The position numbers and the translations under genes are program-made. A stretch of DNA of 33,519 bases, from IMG/VR virus record IMGVR_UViG_3300026543_000040, positions 1 through 33,519 of that record; one strand, written 5' to 3'. The first letter of the stretch is position 1. Each line of letters begins with the position of its first letter. Under the pieces are notes generated by a model that saw nothing but the letters and a program-made list of their open reading frames with translations, did not search any database and had not been told where the DNA came from. Source of the stretch: a virus (lineage: Duplodnaviria > Caudoviricetes). Below, piece after piece: positions 1-9,231 of this stretch.

Positions 1-44
1 CACTATCCTCTTCGTCGGCAGCGTCAGATGTGTATAAGAGACAG
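1..44 (+). other. Nextera i5 adapter remnant (library artefact)
   Basis: CAC + index TATCCTCT + TCGTCGGCAGCGTCAGATGTGTATAAGAGACAG matches the Nextera read-1 adapter/Tn5 mosaic end. Confidence 0.98.
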
Positions 45-68
45 CCTGAAGGTAGGTTACAAAAAAGC
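45..68 (+). repeat. Terminal direct repeat, left copy (24 bp)
   Basis: CCTGAAGGTAGGTTACAAAAAAGC, identical to 33478-33501. Confidence 0.95.
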
Positions 69-955
69 TTGGAATCTGCTGTATTTTCGCTTACTACTCC
101 CCAAATAACGAGAGAAAAGAATCTTCCTGACATAGATGCTCCGGTAGAATCTGTCAGTAAGGCATTCAAATCAGTAACTTTGTTGTAAGGAGTAACGGAA
201 TCATTGATCACATATATATCAGGTGTTCCCGAAAATGCCGGAAAAGGATAAGGGTGCAGCTGACGTACATTACCTGATGCAGTAGTCAAAATAACATTAT
301 CGGCAGATCCACCATTAGTAGTAATGGTATAAGTTTGTGCAACTCCATCGGTCCATGTGGCATGTTGACTTCTTATCCATGAATTTACGTCCTCCATATG
401 CCCTTGATTATTAGTTCCTGTTAGGTGATCTCTCCATACATGAACTTTATAGGCACCATCTGTTTGTAAAGATGCGGCAGATTGACATAATACAGTAGCT
501 AAAGGAGCATGTTCAGTAGTCGGAAAGCTAGATGTACTTATCGTTAGTACTTTAGTAGATTGTAGGAAATATACGTAGTTAAGTGTAGGAGAAGTGTCGC
601 TTCCGGCGGTTAACGTTATGGTATCGGCGGGAGTAGTATCCCAATCATGATACCCATCAGAGAATACTACCGTCAAATCTCCACCACCACTTTTATCTAC
701 TGAAGCAGTAATAGTGACCCCATCAGATGTGACTTCAACATCGATGCTTTCTATTATAGAACCATTCCAGCCATGCATACCGGTAGATTCGAAATTTGAA
801 GCAATGGCTGATGTGGGATTACCACCTGTTCCGTCGCCGTTTGTTACATCGATAAAATCGGCAGTTCCTGTAATAGTTCTTCCTGTGAAAACACCTGCTC
901 CATCCGCTGAAACGACGCCTGTAGTAGTAAGATTGATTGCATTTTGTATTGCCAT
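45..955 (-). CDS. 5' part of tail fibre/receptor-binding protein split across the contig ends (joined about 786 aa with 32028-33477)
   Basis: ATG at 955 overlaps the upstream stop (TAATG); reads MAIQNAINLTTTGVV...DSKLFCNLPSG and continues in frame into the right-end ORF; not in the ORF track. Confidence 0.8.
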
Positions 956-1707
956 TATACCACCGTGAAATTTCCTGTTGAATCGCTCACTGTCCAATCT
1001 GTGTTTGCTGTAGTGCAAATTAATTCTAGACTTGCAAATTGTTCAATAGCTGTTAAACTCCCCCCCACACCAGTTGTTGTGGAGCTGGCTACATAATTAA
1101 TTGTATTTCCGGCATTCTGAGCTATTTTGAATAAACCGGCACCTTTACCAATGATTTGAACAGAATCACCTAGAGCTGATGTACCTGGTAAAGTAAGTGT
1201 GACAAGACCGGCGTTATTAGCAATATACCCATTACCCACTACCAACGTCACTGAAGTTCCAGTTTCTTCATTCCAAGTAAAACCGGCGGTCAATGATGAA
1301 ATAGTTATAGTTCCAGATCCATTGACAACAGATATTCCGGTACCAGCTGTAAGCTGGGCTGCGGAAGGAGAAACCGCAGCCGTATTTCCTATTAACAGCT
1401 GACCATCGGTTAAGGGTCCTATCAATTCAATAGCATTGGTCCCATCTCCCACTAGAATAGATCCATCAGTTAGTGAAGTTCTTTCGGTACCACCATTAAC
1501 CACAAGGACTGGATCATCTAAATTTATGGTAACCGTATTGGAAGCGCCAGAAGTGTTAATTCCGCCTCCACCTGCAATAGTTATAACCCCACCACCAGTA
1601 GGAACTGCTGATCCTGAATCGGTATCAAATGAAGTGGTCGTAGGACCTGCTCCAGGATTAAGTACTAAATCAAGTTCTCCTGTTACAGGATTTATTTTTA
1701 AAGGCAT
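955..1707 (-). CDS. Tail fibre-like virion protein
   Basis: 250 aa, G/T/S-rich, LTAGTGISV and GQLLIG fibre-type motifs, in the tail cluster. Confidence 0.65.
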   Translation of the reverse strand: MPLKINPVTGELDLVLNPGAGPTTTSFDTDSGSAVPTGGGVITIAGGGGINTSGASNTVTINLDDPVLVVNGGTERTSLTDGSILVGDGTNAIELIGPLTDGQLLIGNTAAVSPSAAQLTAGTGISVVNGSGTITISSLTAGFTWNEETGTSVTLVVGNGYIANNAGLVTLTLPGTSALGDSVQIIGKGAGLFKIAQNAGNTINYVASSTTTGVGGSLTAIEQFASLELICTTANTDWTVSDSTGNFTVV

Positions 1708-1716
1708 ATTCTATCC

Positions 1717-2019
1717 TTAGGAATAGGTGTAGGTTAGTCGATCGTCCCAGACAAATTCATAGTTACCAGTAGCATTCCCTTCGGAATTCTCGGGCCATGT
1801 TTGTGATGTTAAAGAATTATTAGCATCCCAAATAAAAAAGGTGATTTGCCATTTATCTTCGCTAGTTAAAGTTCCTATTTTTGCCGTACCAAAATAAATT
1901 ACATTTCCATTTGCATCATTTTGGGCTCGATGTGTTACTTCACTATCTCGGACAATATATTCTCTTCTATCGCGAGTACCGTATTTGACGGGTCGATTAC
2001 TTTGTGGACTACTTACCAT
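1717..2019 (-). CDS. Hypothetical virion-associated protein
   Basis: ORF 1717-2058; start at 2019 preferred (GAGGTG Shine-Dalgarno). Confidence 0.6.
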   Translation of the reverse strand: MVSSPQSNRPVKYGTRDRREYIVRDSEVTHRAQNDANGNVIYFGTAKIGTLTSEDKWQITFFIWDANNSLTSQTWPENSEGNATGNYEFVWDDRLTYTYS

Positions 2020-2100
2020 GTGCTCACCTCCGCTTCTTATAAACCGTCTATATCCCATCTCATACTCCTAAAAGTATGAGAATTCAAAAACTTATTTAGG

Positions 2101-2292
2101 TTAAGATGGCGTTTCTTTTTCTGTCTGTTGGAGAAGATTTTTCCCATGTTCATTGATTAGCTGAACTATGTGATTACGAAACCCCATAATCGCTTCATAA
2201 GTTTCTCCCAGAGGAGAATTATTTTCTATTTCAAGACGGTAAGTGCGCTCCTCTGTTTCCCATCTTAAGATTAGTTTATGATCTGTTTCCAT
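2101..2292 (-). CDS. Hypothetical protein (63 aa)
   Basis: AGGAG SD, co-oriented in the operon. Confidence 0.65.
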   Translation of the reverse strand: METDHKLILRWETEERTYRLEIENNSPLGETYEAIMGFRNHIVQLINEHGKNLLQQTEKETPS

Positions 2293-2311
2293 TTTATCTC
2301 CTGTAAATGGT

Positions 2312-4684
2312 TTAAGCTTGGAAACCGCATTTCATAGTTTCCCATTGAACCGTTCCTGGTGCTCCAGCTTGGTGCTCTAGACGGAAGAACGGAACTATTA
2401 CATCCGCATTATCGAATGTTAACGCAGCCGTTACACTAGGTGCTGAGCCGTCTATCGTGTAAGTTACTACACCGGCTGCTGAGACCAAAACTTTCATGGT
2501 GTGGCTCTGTCCATCAGTCCATGCATCTGTGGTATTGGTATTGGTAGTACCACCTGAATTAAGTTCAGTTTTAATAACTACCGTGCCCACAGAGGCAACC
2601 GCATCAATACCAATCATTGCGTAATCAGTATACGAAGTAAGAGTTGCATTATTTGCTTCTACTTTGCGGAATCCACACATATATGGAGCACCTCCAGAGA
2701 CATCCGCAACGGTGAATTTCCATTCCAGAAAGAATGCTGCGCTAGTGCCGATAGTGAATGCATGTCGGCTATTGCTGCGAACAGCTCCCCAGTTATATTC
2801 AAATCCTTCAGTTGCTGTAAGATCTCCAGAGACTAATAAGCCTGTGGCATCCATTCTTGGCGCAATGATTGTTTGTCCCGCTCCTAGAATGAATTCCTCC
2901 ATGAATAGGCCGTTTTGCATAGCCATGATATTAACATCTCCAGTAGCACCTGTTGGAGCCGCACCAGTACTGGCATTGGACTCTAGAACAGGAGATTGTT
3001 GGAATGTAATATCGTCTCCACTAGCTGCTAGGAATTCGGCATCAATTTCTTTGACAGTACCTGTTACCGTAATGTCTCCAGTACCTGCTTCAAGAACTAA
3101 TCCTGTAGCTCCAGTAGTGTTGCCTACAGTTATAGTTCTGGCGGCAGCGCCGGTACCCACATTGATTGCCTGGGCATCTGCATCATTACCAATGCTGATA
3201 GCTCCAGCCGAGCTGTTAAGTTCAAGAACTCCATCCGCATCTAGAAGCAGAGTATCATCAGAATTCACTGTGATGTCCCCAGTTCCCGTAGATACAAGAG
3301 CTAAGCTACCTGTACCCGACGTGATGGCAACAGCAGTAGCACCCGTTGCATTACCAATATTGACAGCTGAGGCACTTGCGCCCGTAGCTAGATTTAATGT
3401 CTGAGTACCGGCTGTGGCTATACCACCTAAAATATTAACGGTGGAATTAGCGGCATTAGCTCCCGACGCCATATTCATCGTTTGGGCTGAAGTGTTAATT
3501 CCATTTAATAGATTAACCGTGTTTCCACCCACTCCACTGGCTAAATTAACCGTAGTAGCACGGCTTCCATTAGCACAATTTAAGGTGATAGTTCCAGCTG
3601 ACGCAGCTCCACTAAGAATATTGACTGTGGAATTAGCAGCAGCCGCTCCGCTGGCTAAATTAACTATCTGAGCACTGGTATTGATTCCATTACCCATAGA
3701 AATGGTATTACCATCTACTCCAGCACCAATATTGATCGTTTTTGTACCATCAGCATTAGCTAAAGCAATCGTTTGGGTGCCTGTGCTCGGAGCGATTGTC
3801 ATCGTTCCTGTTTGGGAAGTACCCCCAAAAGAAAATGTTCCAGATGTGGTACTAGCTCCCCAGTCATAAGTAGTAGTAGCTGCACCATCTAAGGTGAAGT
3901 TTCCGGTTCCAGCTTGCAAATCCAATGATGCAGCACCTGTAGTGGATCCTACAGTGAGTGTATGTGCTGCGGCAGAGTCACCGATTCCGATAGCGCGAGC
4001 TACGGTGCCTACACCTAGATTAACCGCATCACCCGAGTTATCTGAACCCAGATTAAGCGCAGTTCCAGCGGTGAGAATGGTAGCACTCGCATTGGCAGTA
4101 AATAGACCGGTGAAAGTCAATCCTGTAGTAGTGAATGCTCCATTCGAATCAATCGAGGCAACTTCTGCATCATCTGAATCCGTAAAAGATACCTTGTTAG
4201 CAGCTGCATTATCTCCCATCTTCAAGATCAAATCTTGTCCTGTGGCTGCATCGATATCCAAATCGTTTGCTGCTGCCGGAGTGATCTGCATTGCTGCGGC
4301 TGATGTGTAAATTGGAGCAGTAACTGAGGTTGCTAGCGTAACGGCTGCATCCAAATTAAATGTAATGGTGCTACCTGCTCCTGCACTAGTGACATTGGTA
4401 CCACCAGCCAAAGTAATATTACCACCAGCTGGCGCAAGAGCTCCTCCAGAGTCACCAGTTAAGGTATCCACATCGGAAGCACCGGGTGCCATTAAGTTCC
4501 ATGTAGCAGCACCGGAAGCTTTCTTAGCTAAGATGTAAGATAATCCTCCAGTAGTATCCAGCCAAATTTGACCCAATGGAAATTTTATATTTGATGATCC
4601 AGGGGCAGATGATGCTTGAATAGGAAGGGGCATAACGTCCTTTAATCCATCAGGTACTGCGTAGGCTTGGTTTATTTTAACCAT
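2312..4684 (-). CDS. Large tail fibre/spike protein with internal repeats
   Basis: 790 aa, G/A/T-rich; repeated NGINTSAQ..N.ASGA.AANSTVNIL units; AAGGAG SD. Confidence 0.7.
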   Translation of the reverse strand: MVKINQAYAVPDGLKDVMPLPIQASSAPGSSNIKFPLGQIWLDTTGGLSYILAKKASGAATWNLMAPGASDVDTLTGDSGGALAPAGGNITLAGGTNVTSAGAGSTITFNLDAAVTLATSVTAPIYTSAAAMQITPAAANDLDIDAATGQDLILKMGDNAAANKVSFTDSDDAEVASIDSNGAFTTTGLTFTGLFTANASATILTAGTALNLGSDNSGDAVNLGVGTVARAIGIGDSAAAHTLTVGSTTGAASLDLQAGTGNFTLDGAATTTYDWGASTTSGTFSFGGTSQTGTMTIAPSTGTQTIALANADGTKTINIGAGVDGNTISMGNGINTSAQIVNLASGAAAANSTVNILSGAASAGTITLNCANGSRATTVNLASGVGGNTVNLLNGINTSAQTMNMASGANAANSTVNILGGIATAGTQTLNLATGASASAVNIGNATGATAVAITSGTGSLALVSTGTGDITVNSDDTLLLDADGVLELNSSAGAISIGNDADAQAINVGTGAAARTITVGNTTGATGLVLEAGTGDITVTGTVKEIDAEFLAASGDDITFQQSPVLESNASTGAAPTGATGDVNIMAMQNGLFMEEFILGAGQTIIAPRMDATGLLVSGDLTATEGFEYNWGAVRSNSRHAFTIGTSAAFFLEWKFTVADVSGGAPYMCGFRKVEANNATLTSYTDYAMIGIDAVASVGTVVIKTELNSGGTTNTNTTDAWTDGQSHTMKVLVSAAGVVTYTIDGSAPSVTAALTFDNADVIVPFFRLEHQAGAPGTVQWETMKCGFQA

Positions 4685-4711
4685 TTTGATCTCCTTGTTT
4701 AAAAATAACTT

Positions 4712-4730
4712 TATAACATATAATGTTATA
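4712..4730. promoter_or_regulatory. Palindrome, candidate operator upstream of the fibre gene
   Basis: TATAACAT-ATA-ATGTTATA perfect inverted repeat in an intergenic region. Confidence 0.35.
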
Positions 4731-4756
4731 TTTCACTAAATTTTAAGACGTTAAGC

Positions 4757-4785
4757 TTGATTTAATCTCTACCATCTCTTATACT
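4757..4785 (+). promoter_or_regulatory. Sigma70-type promoter
   Basis: TTGATT-17 nt-TATACT upstream of a small + strand ORF. Confidence 0.6.
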
Positions 4786-4816
4786 GGTTCCCAATCACAT
4801 TAACTTTGGTGTAGAC

Positions 4817-4876
4817 ATGATACTCCTTACTCTCGTCGTAACTGTTGCATTTTTGGTAGAATATAGCGGTTTCTAA
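4817..4876 (+). CDS. 19-aa hydrophobic peptide MILLTLVVTVAFLVEYSGF
   Basis: ATG 4817 to TAA 4876, GGTG SD, own promoter, convergent with 4882-6180. Confidence 0.5.
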   Translation: MILLTLVVTVAFLVEYSGF

Positions 4877-4881
4877 TTCTG

Positions 4882-6180
4882 TCAAAATTCTTCTTCCTCT
4901 TCTTCTTCAATATCAAAAATAGGAAGGGGATTATTCTCGAATTCTTTTTTTGCTACTCGTTCTAAACCAGATAAATTTCTCGCTAACATTGTCTTGTTTT
5001 CAGATAAAGATGCTGATAATACATTACCATAATAGCGGCGAAGTGCTGGATTTTTGGCGAGTCGTTTAGCCATTTCACCAGAATACAATACAGCTACGCT
5101 TGTCCCCAGAGTACCGAGTTTAATTCCTAAAGCTCCAGGGATGGCGGCTTCTTCCATCCCCAATAACAGAGCTGCATGGGATAAGTTTTTGATATTAGCA
5201 TTGCGTTTTACGAAATTCTTTATATTCTCGCTAGTTGCAATCCCTTGATATGCTTGCTTAGCTTCTTTCAAATGTTCTCCCCATGTGGGATTTTCTTTTG
5301 CATAGGTATCCAAGGCTTCCGCATGGGCGCCTTTTAGCTTTTTCAACAACCCGAGTTTCGTTTTATCATTTGAAGATTTTCTAATAGCTCGATTAATGTC
5401 TTTATCGAACTGGACCGCTTCTTCAACTGCCATTACTCCACCGGGCATTTTAGTTTTAATGTCATCTACAATTTTCATAACAGAGGCTTTAGCATCGTCC
5501 ATAGTCCCCTTTTTAAGAATAGACTCGACATTCTGAAGCTTCTTGGTAGGATAGGTAAATGTGGTTCCTTTAGGTACGAATGCTTCTGCTTCGCGATATA
5601 ACTTATTGATGTGACTGTTAACACCTCGGCCTTTACCAAACATTCCGGTAAACACCATAACACCCATTTTAGTAAGATCCTGGGCAGTTTCTGGAAGTCC
5701 GATTTCTTTTACTATTTGCTTTCCAAGATTGCTAGCTGTGGCTATTCCTAATGCTCGAATCAACGGTACTCTTCCTAATCCGGGTATGGGAACAGATAAG
5801 GCTGCTATATCTTCTACCCATTCATCTTCGGCAGTTTCGGATTCACTTTCAGGTTCGAGTTCCGGTCTTTTTTCAGCACTTCTTGCACGTAATTCTGCGC
5901 TAGTAGGAAGACGTTCAACAAGTCGTCGTCCTGCTCTCTGAACAAAGTTTCCTTCTTCTTCCGCAGGTACATAACCTGAAACAGATTGGGCAACTCCACG
6001 AATAGTTTCCACAATGTCTCCGGGAAGACCTAATACTGCTTCTTTACTTCGGTGAAGATACCTTTTTCCCCTCCTAACAGCGCCTTCACGAAAAGTTCTT
6101 TCATCAGGCTGTTTTACATCTTCAGCAGAGATGAAAAATGAATCGAAGTCTTCTTCTGGTTCAGTCATAGGATGGTCCAT
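4882..6180 (-). CDS. Putative internal virion/DNA ejection protein
   Basis: 432 aa, helical, hydrophobic patches; position after tail tube genes as in P22/T7-like phages. Confidence 0.55.
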   Translation of the reverse strand: MDHPMTEPEEDFDSFFISAEDVKQPDERTFREGAVRRGKRYLHRSKEAVLGLPGDIVETIRGVAQSVSGYVPAEEEGNFVQRAGRRLVERLPTSAELRARSAEKRPELEPESESETAEDEWVEDIAALSVPIPGLGRVPLIRALGIATASNLGKQIVKEIGLPETAQDLTKMGVMVFTGMFGKGRGVNSHINKLYREAEAFVPKGTTFTYPTKKLQNVESILKKGTMDDAKASVMKIVDDIKTKMPGGVMAVEEAVQFDKDINRAIRKSSNDKTKLGLLKKLKGAHAEALDTYAKENPTWGEHLKEAKQAYQGIATSENIKNFVKRNANIKNLSHAALLLGMEEAAIPGALGIKLGTLGTSVAVLYSGEMAKRLAKNPALRRYYGNVLSASLSENKTMLARNLSGLERVAKKEFENNPLPIFDIEEEEEEEF

Positions 6181-7448
6181 CCTTTTTTTTCTACAATATC
6201 AATCTTTTCTATAGGAACGTATCCCAAAGATCCATCTGGTTTTCTTACTGGATGATGTCCTGAAGGGGCTTTCAATTTTGCCTCATAAGACTCCTGGGCA
6301 TTTACTGAGTCTTTGACTTCCTTTATAAGTTTCTTTTCGTCATCTTTTCTTAGATCCTTAGCTATTCGTTCAGCACTAGCCCTATCAATTTTTTGAACTC
6401 CGTAATGATCATATACTTGTTGAATACTTTCATTTCTTAGACGATCAATAGCTTTCATTGCTTTAGCTTGTGTAAGAATAAGTCGACGACCCTGTTCACT
6501 ATTTGCTAAAGTAGGAAGCCTTTTCATGAAAGCTCCCAATTCAAAGTTCGTTACTCGTGCGCCATAGGTATCTTTAGCAGCTGTGGTAAAATCATTAATA
6601 GTCTTTACATACAACTGGGTCTCAGCATTAGCCAATGCGGGAACTCTTATATCTCCTGTAGTCCAATTGATGTTGTATTTTTGAAATCCTGTAGGAAGTT
6701 TTCCTGAGGCATTTAACTGTTCCAGCTGTTCGTAGCGTAAAATTTCTCGATCTGAACTAGTTAAATTCTCTCCCAATTCTTTGTACTCAGAGCTATTTTC
6801 TTTAAGAAGCTGGGATTTAAGAACAGTTCTTTCTTTAGGGGTACGATCTTCAAAAACATTTACTTTCGGAAACTGAAATCCCGGTACTTCTTCACTTACA
6901 GACAAGGTGTCTTGGCTTACTACCTCTCCGGTATCCGGAGACCGTGTAGTGATTTGTTTTTCAAAATCAACTTGCTGTTCAGGGGGAAGGAATTGATTTC
7001 TGGCAATTTGATCTACCAATAACTTAGCCATTTCAGTTTGACCACCTGTAGTTAACTTGGACCACAGTTCAGCATTTCTCTGGGATATTTCAGGTGACAT
7101 TCCAAATTTCTGAAATAGGGTAGCCATTTCCGTAACTTGTTCTGGACCAGGAGGCATATCGGGACGAGATTTTTGGAGAGTAGCATATAGGGTTCCATAA
7201 TCATGGGCCATTGATGCCGGAACTCCCCTATCGACTGCCTGGGTTAAAGCCTGAGTAACTTGCATAGGAGATGAGTCTTCGGTAAGCGCACCTAAAGTAT
7301 CTTCAAGAATGGATCCATATTGACGCTGTTGGTGAAGTTGTCTTTTTTCTTGCACTCTCTGTCCTAAGGCCTGAGATAATGCACCAGCAGCGCCGGTAAT
7401 TCCTTCGCCTAAGCCCGAAGTATCTTGTAAAATAATAGGTGCTCCCAT
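6165..7448 (-). CDS. Putative internal virion/DNA ejection protein
   Basis: 427 aa, N-terminal GLGEGITGAAGAL, Q-rich; synteny. Confidence 0.55.
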   Translation of the reverse strand: MGAPIILQDTSGLGEGITGAAGALSQALGQRVQEKRQLHQQRQYGSILEDTLGALTEDSSPMQVTQALTQAVDRGVPASMAHDYGTLYATLQKSRPDMPPGPEQVTEMATLFQKFGMSPEISQRNAELWSKLTTGGQTEMAKLLVDQIARNQFLPPEQQVDFEKQITTRSPDTGEVVSQDTLSVSEEVPGFQFPKVNVFEDRTPKERTVLKSQLLKENSSEYKELGENLTSSDREILRYEQLEQLNASGKLPTGFQKYNINWTTGDIRVPALANAETQLYVKTINDFTTAAKDTYGARVTNFELGAFMKRLPTLANSEQGRRLILTQAKAMKAIDRLRNESIQQVYDHYGVQKIDRASAERIAKDLRKDDEKKLIKEVKDSVNAQESYEAKLKAPSGHHPVRKPDGSLGYVPIEKIDIVEKKGWTIL

Positions 7449-8209
7449 CAGTCGGCTCCTTTCAATTCATCAAGTTTTTTTTCCAGATCTTTGATTGCAT
7501 TTATCATCAGACCCATGACACCATAAAGATCGACATGGAGAATTCCTCCTTTGAAAGAAGTAAGTTCTGACGGCACTTCTTCAGCTATCAATCCCACTTT
7601 ATTTTTTTGTCCTCCAACGTCTTCAATGTAGTCATATTTTTTAACATTAAGTTTTCTAACTTCATCAAGACCTTTTTCATACTCCCTAATGTTTTCTTTG
7701 ACGTTGCGAGAGGACATTATACTCTGAGATCCAAACATTCCAGCAGCCTGGAGTAAAGGTCCCAAAATACCTCGTTGTTGTTGCATCATAGGACTAAATG
7801 TCTGTCCAGTAAGAAGCGGAAGGAAAGCTCCTAATGCATTTAATTGTTGACCTTGTTGCCCCTGCATGAATTGACCAAATTGGGAGCCAATAGATGTTGA
7901 CAAATCCGACGCTGACTGAGCCAAGGCTTGGTTCAAAGCTGAGGAAGAACCTGCATTGACATCTGTAAATCTTTGTTGAATTGCTGGAGCAATTTTTTGT
8001 TGAAAAGTCTGCAATGCCGGTTGTTCGAATGTTTTACTGAACGTTTCCTGATAATCTTCTTCTCCACGTGGTTGCAAAAAGCTACCAAATGAAGAAGCAA
8101 AACCAGGCCCCAATTGTTCTAATGTTGAACTAAACAGTTGTTGTTGCTGGGGGGTCAGCATGCTCAGATTCCCCGCAGGAGTCGTGCTCCCCATCATTGT
8201 TTTCCCCAT
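7448..8209 (-). CDS. Gln-rich virion protein with C-terminal Peptidase S74 intramolecular chaperone domain
   Basis: SSRNVKENI...GLIAEEV...VDLYG...INAIKDL matches the S74 pattern. Confidence 0.75.
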   Translation of the reverse strand: MGKTMMGSTTPAGNLSMLTPQQQQLFSSTLEQLGPGFASSFGSFLQPRGEEDYQETFSKTFEQPALQTFQQKIAPAIQQRFTDVNAGSSSALNQALAQSASDLSTSIGSQFGQFMQGQQGQQLNALGAFLPLLTGQTFSPMMQQQRGILGPLLQAAGMFGSQSIMSSRNVKENIREYEKGLDEVRKLNVKKYDYIEDVGGQKNKVGLIAEEVPSELTSFKGGILHVDLYGVMGLMINAIKDLEKKLDELKGAD

Positions 8210-8681
8210 CGAATTCCTCCACGTATTCCATCAAAATACTCCGAGATCGTTTGAATCCGTGTCTTTCGGAGTGTTTAGGATGACTTGTTAACCAATAGAC
8301 TTTTTTTAATTTTAACCTATTTGTAATTTTTTTTATATGTTCTCTTAGCTTTTTAATGGATGCTCCTTTTCCGGTACCCCAATAAGATTTATCCAGGCTA
8401 TAAGTATTGATCATGACGTCCTTTGATAAAGAATCAATCACAAACCAGAGGTATCCTTTCACTTTAAAATTTGGATCTACCAATGCATACAAATGATTAA
8501 ATGGATTTAAGGTAGGACCGTCTTTTCCCGGGATTATACAATTAATTTCTTGATGTTTAAAAAAATCACTGACAGAAAAATCTTTGTTTTTTATCTGTTC
8601 TACTAAATAAGACGGGATAGGGAGAGGACCGAACAATCTCACCCACCTTAGATCATTTACATCACATTTTTTCTCACTCAT
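8130..8681 (-). CDS. Possible GNAT-fold virion assembly protein
   Basis: 183 aa; LDKSYWGTG and ERHGFKRS GNAT-like motifs; position preceding ejection genes. Confidence 0.45.
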   Translation of the reverse strand: MSEKKCDVNDLRWVRLFGPLPIPSYLVEQIKNKDFSVSDFFKHQEINCIIPGKDGPTLNPFNHLYALVDPNFKVKGYLWFVIDSLSKDVMINTYSLDKSYWGTGKGASIKKLREHIKKITNRLKLKKVYWLTSHPKHSERHGFKRSRSILMEYVEEFDGENNDGEHDSCGESEHADPPATTTV

Positions 8682-9231
8682 CAGCCTGTCCTATATATCT
8701 TATGTGGCCTATCACTTGTCCAGATGCAACTACTGATTGATTCGCTGTAGTAAACCCTGATCCCACATTCCAAAATTCGCCCCGATAGGTATTTGGAATA
8801 GCATTTATCACAATGCCGGTTCCTCCCGTATAAGCTATCACTGAGGATTGAACTACACCCACAAAGGGCTTCTGATTACTTACGGCAACTATATAAGGAA
8901 GTTCTACGTACAGACTTCCGGCAGCAGTTCCGGCAGCAGACCATGAAATATCAAACCATACATCGGTAAAGATTCCCTGTCGAAATGCCCACCCAATTTG
9001 ATGATTATGAGTAAAGGTGCCGGGGGTTATTCCTTGTAAAGTAGGAGTCCACTGTCTTCCTGGTTCGAGAGTATTGCTCAGTATGTTTCCGTTTATTCCC
9101 TGAGCTACACTTTCATACATTCTCTGCAACGAAAATATAAGTTCACGCAAATACTTTTCCAAAGCTTTAGGATCCCTAGATAAAATGCGCTCAGTCTGAA
9201 TAGGAAGCTGGATGTTAGTAGGAACTGTCAT
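8674..9231 (-). CDS. Tail-associated protein
   Basis: 185 aa; WTPTL.G and LYVELPY motifs typical of small tail proteins. Confidence 0.55.
   Translation of the reverse strand: MTVPTNIQLPIQTERILSRDPKALEKYLRELIFSLQRMYESVAQGINGNILSNTLEPGRQWTPTLQGITPGTFTHNHQIGWAFRQGIFTDVWFDISWSAAGTAAGSLYVELPYIVAVSNQKPFVGVVQSSVIAYTGGTGIVINAIPNTYRGEFWNVGSGFTTANQSVVASGQVIGHIRYIGQADE

Noticed and set aside
1-44. Inverted Tn5 mosaic ends flanking the whole contig, suggesting a transposon
   Set aside because: Includes the Nextera primer and index sequence; library artefact, no transposase
561-589. Short TGTAGG matches to the sRNA seed within coding regions (also 6690, 14792, 15801)
   Set aside because: Only 6-7 nt, far from starts, expected by chance
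714-4310. Long + strand ORFs (e.g. 2664-3404, 3894-4310)
   Set aside because: Antisense shadows of Gly/Thr/Ala-rich minus-strand genes; no SD or domain signal
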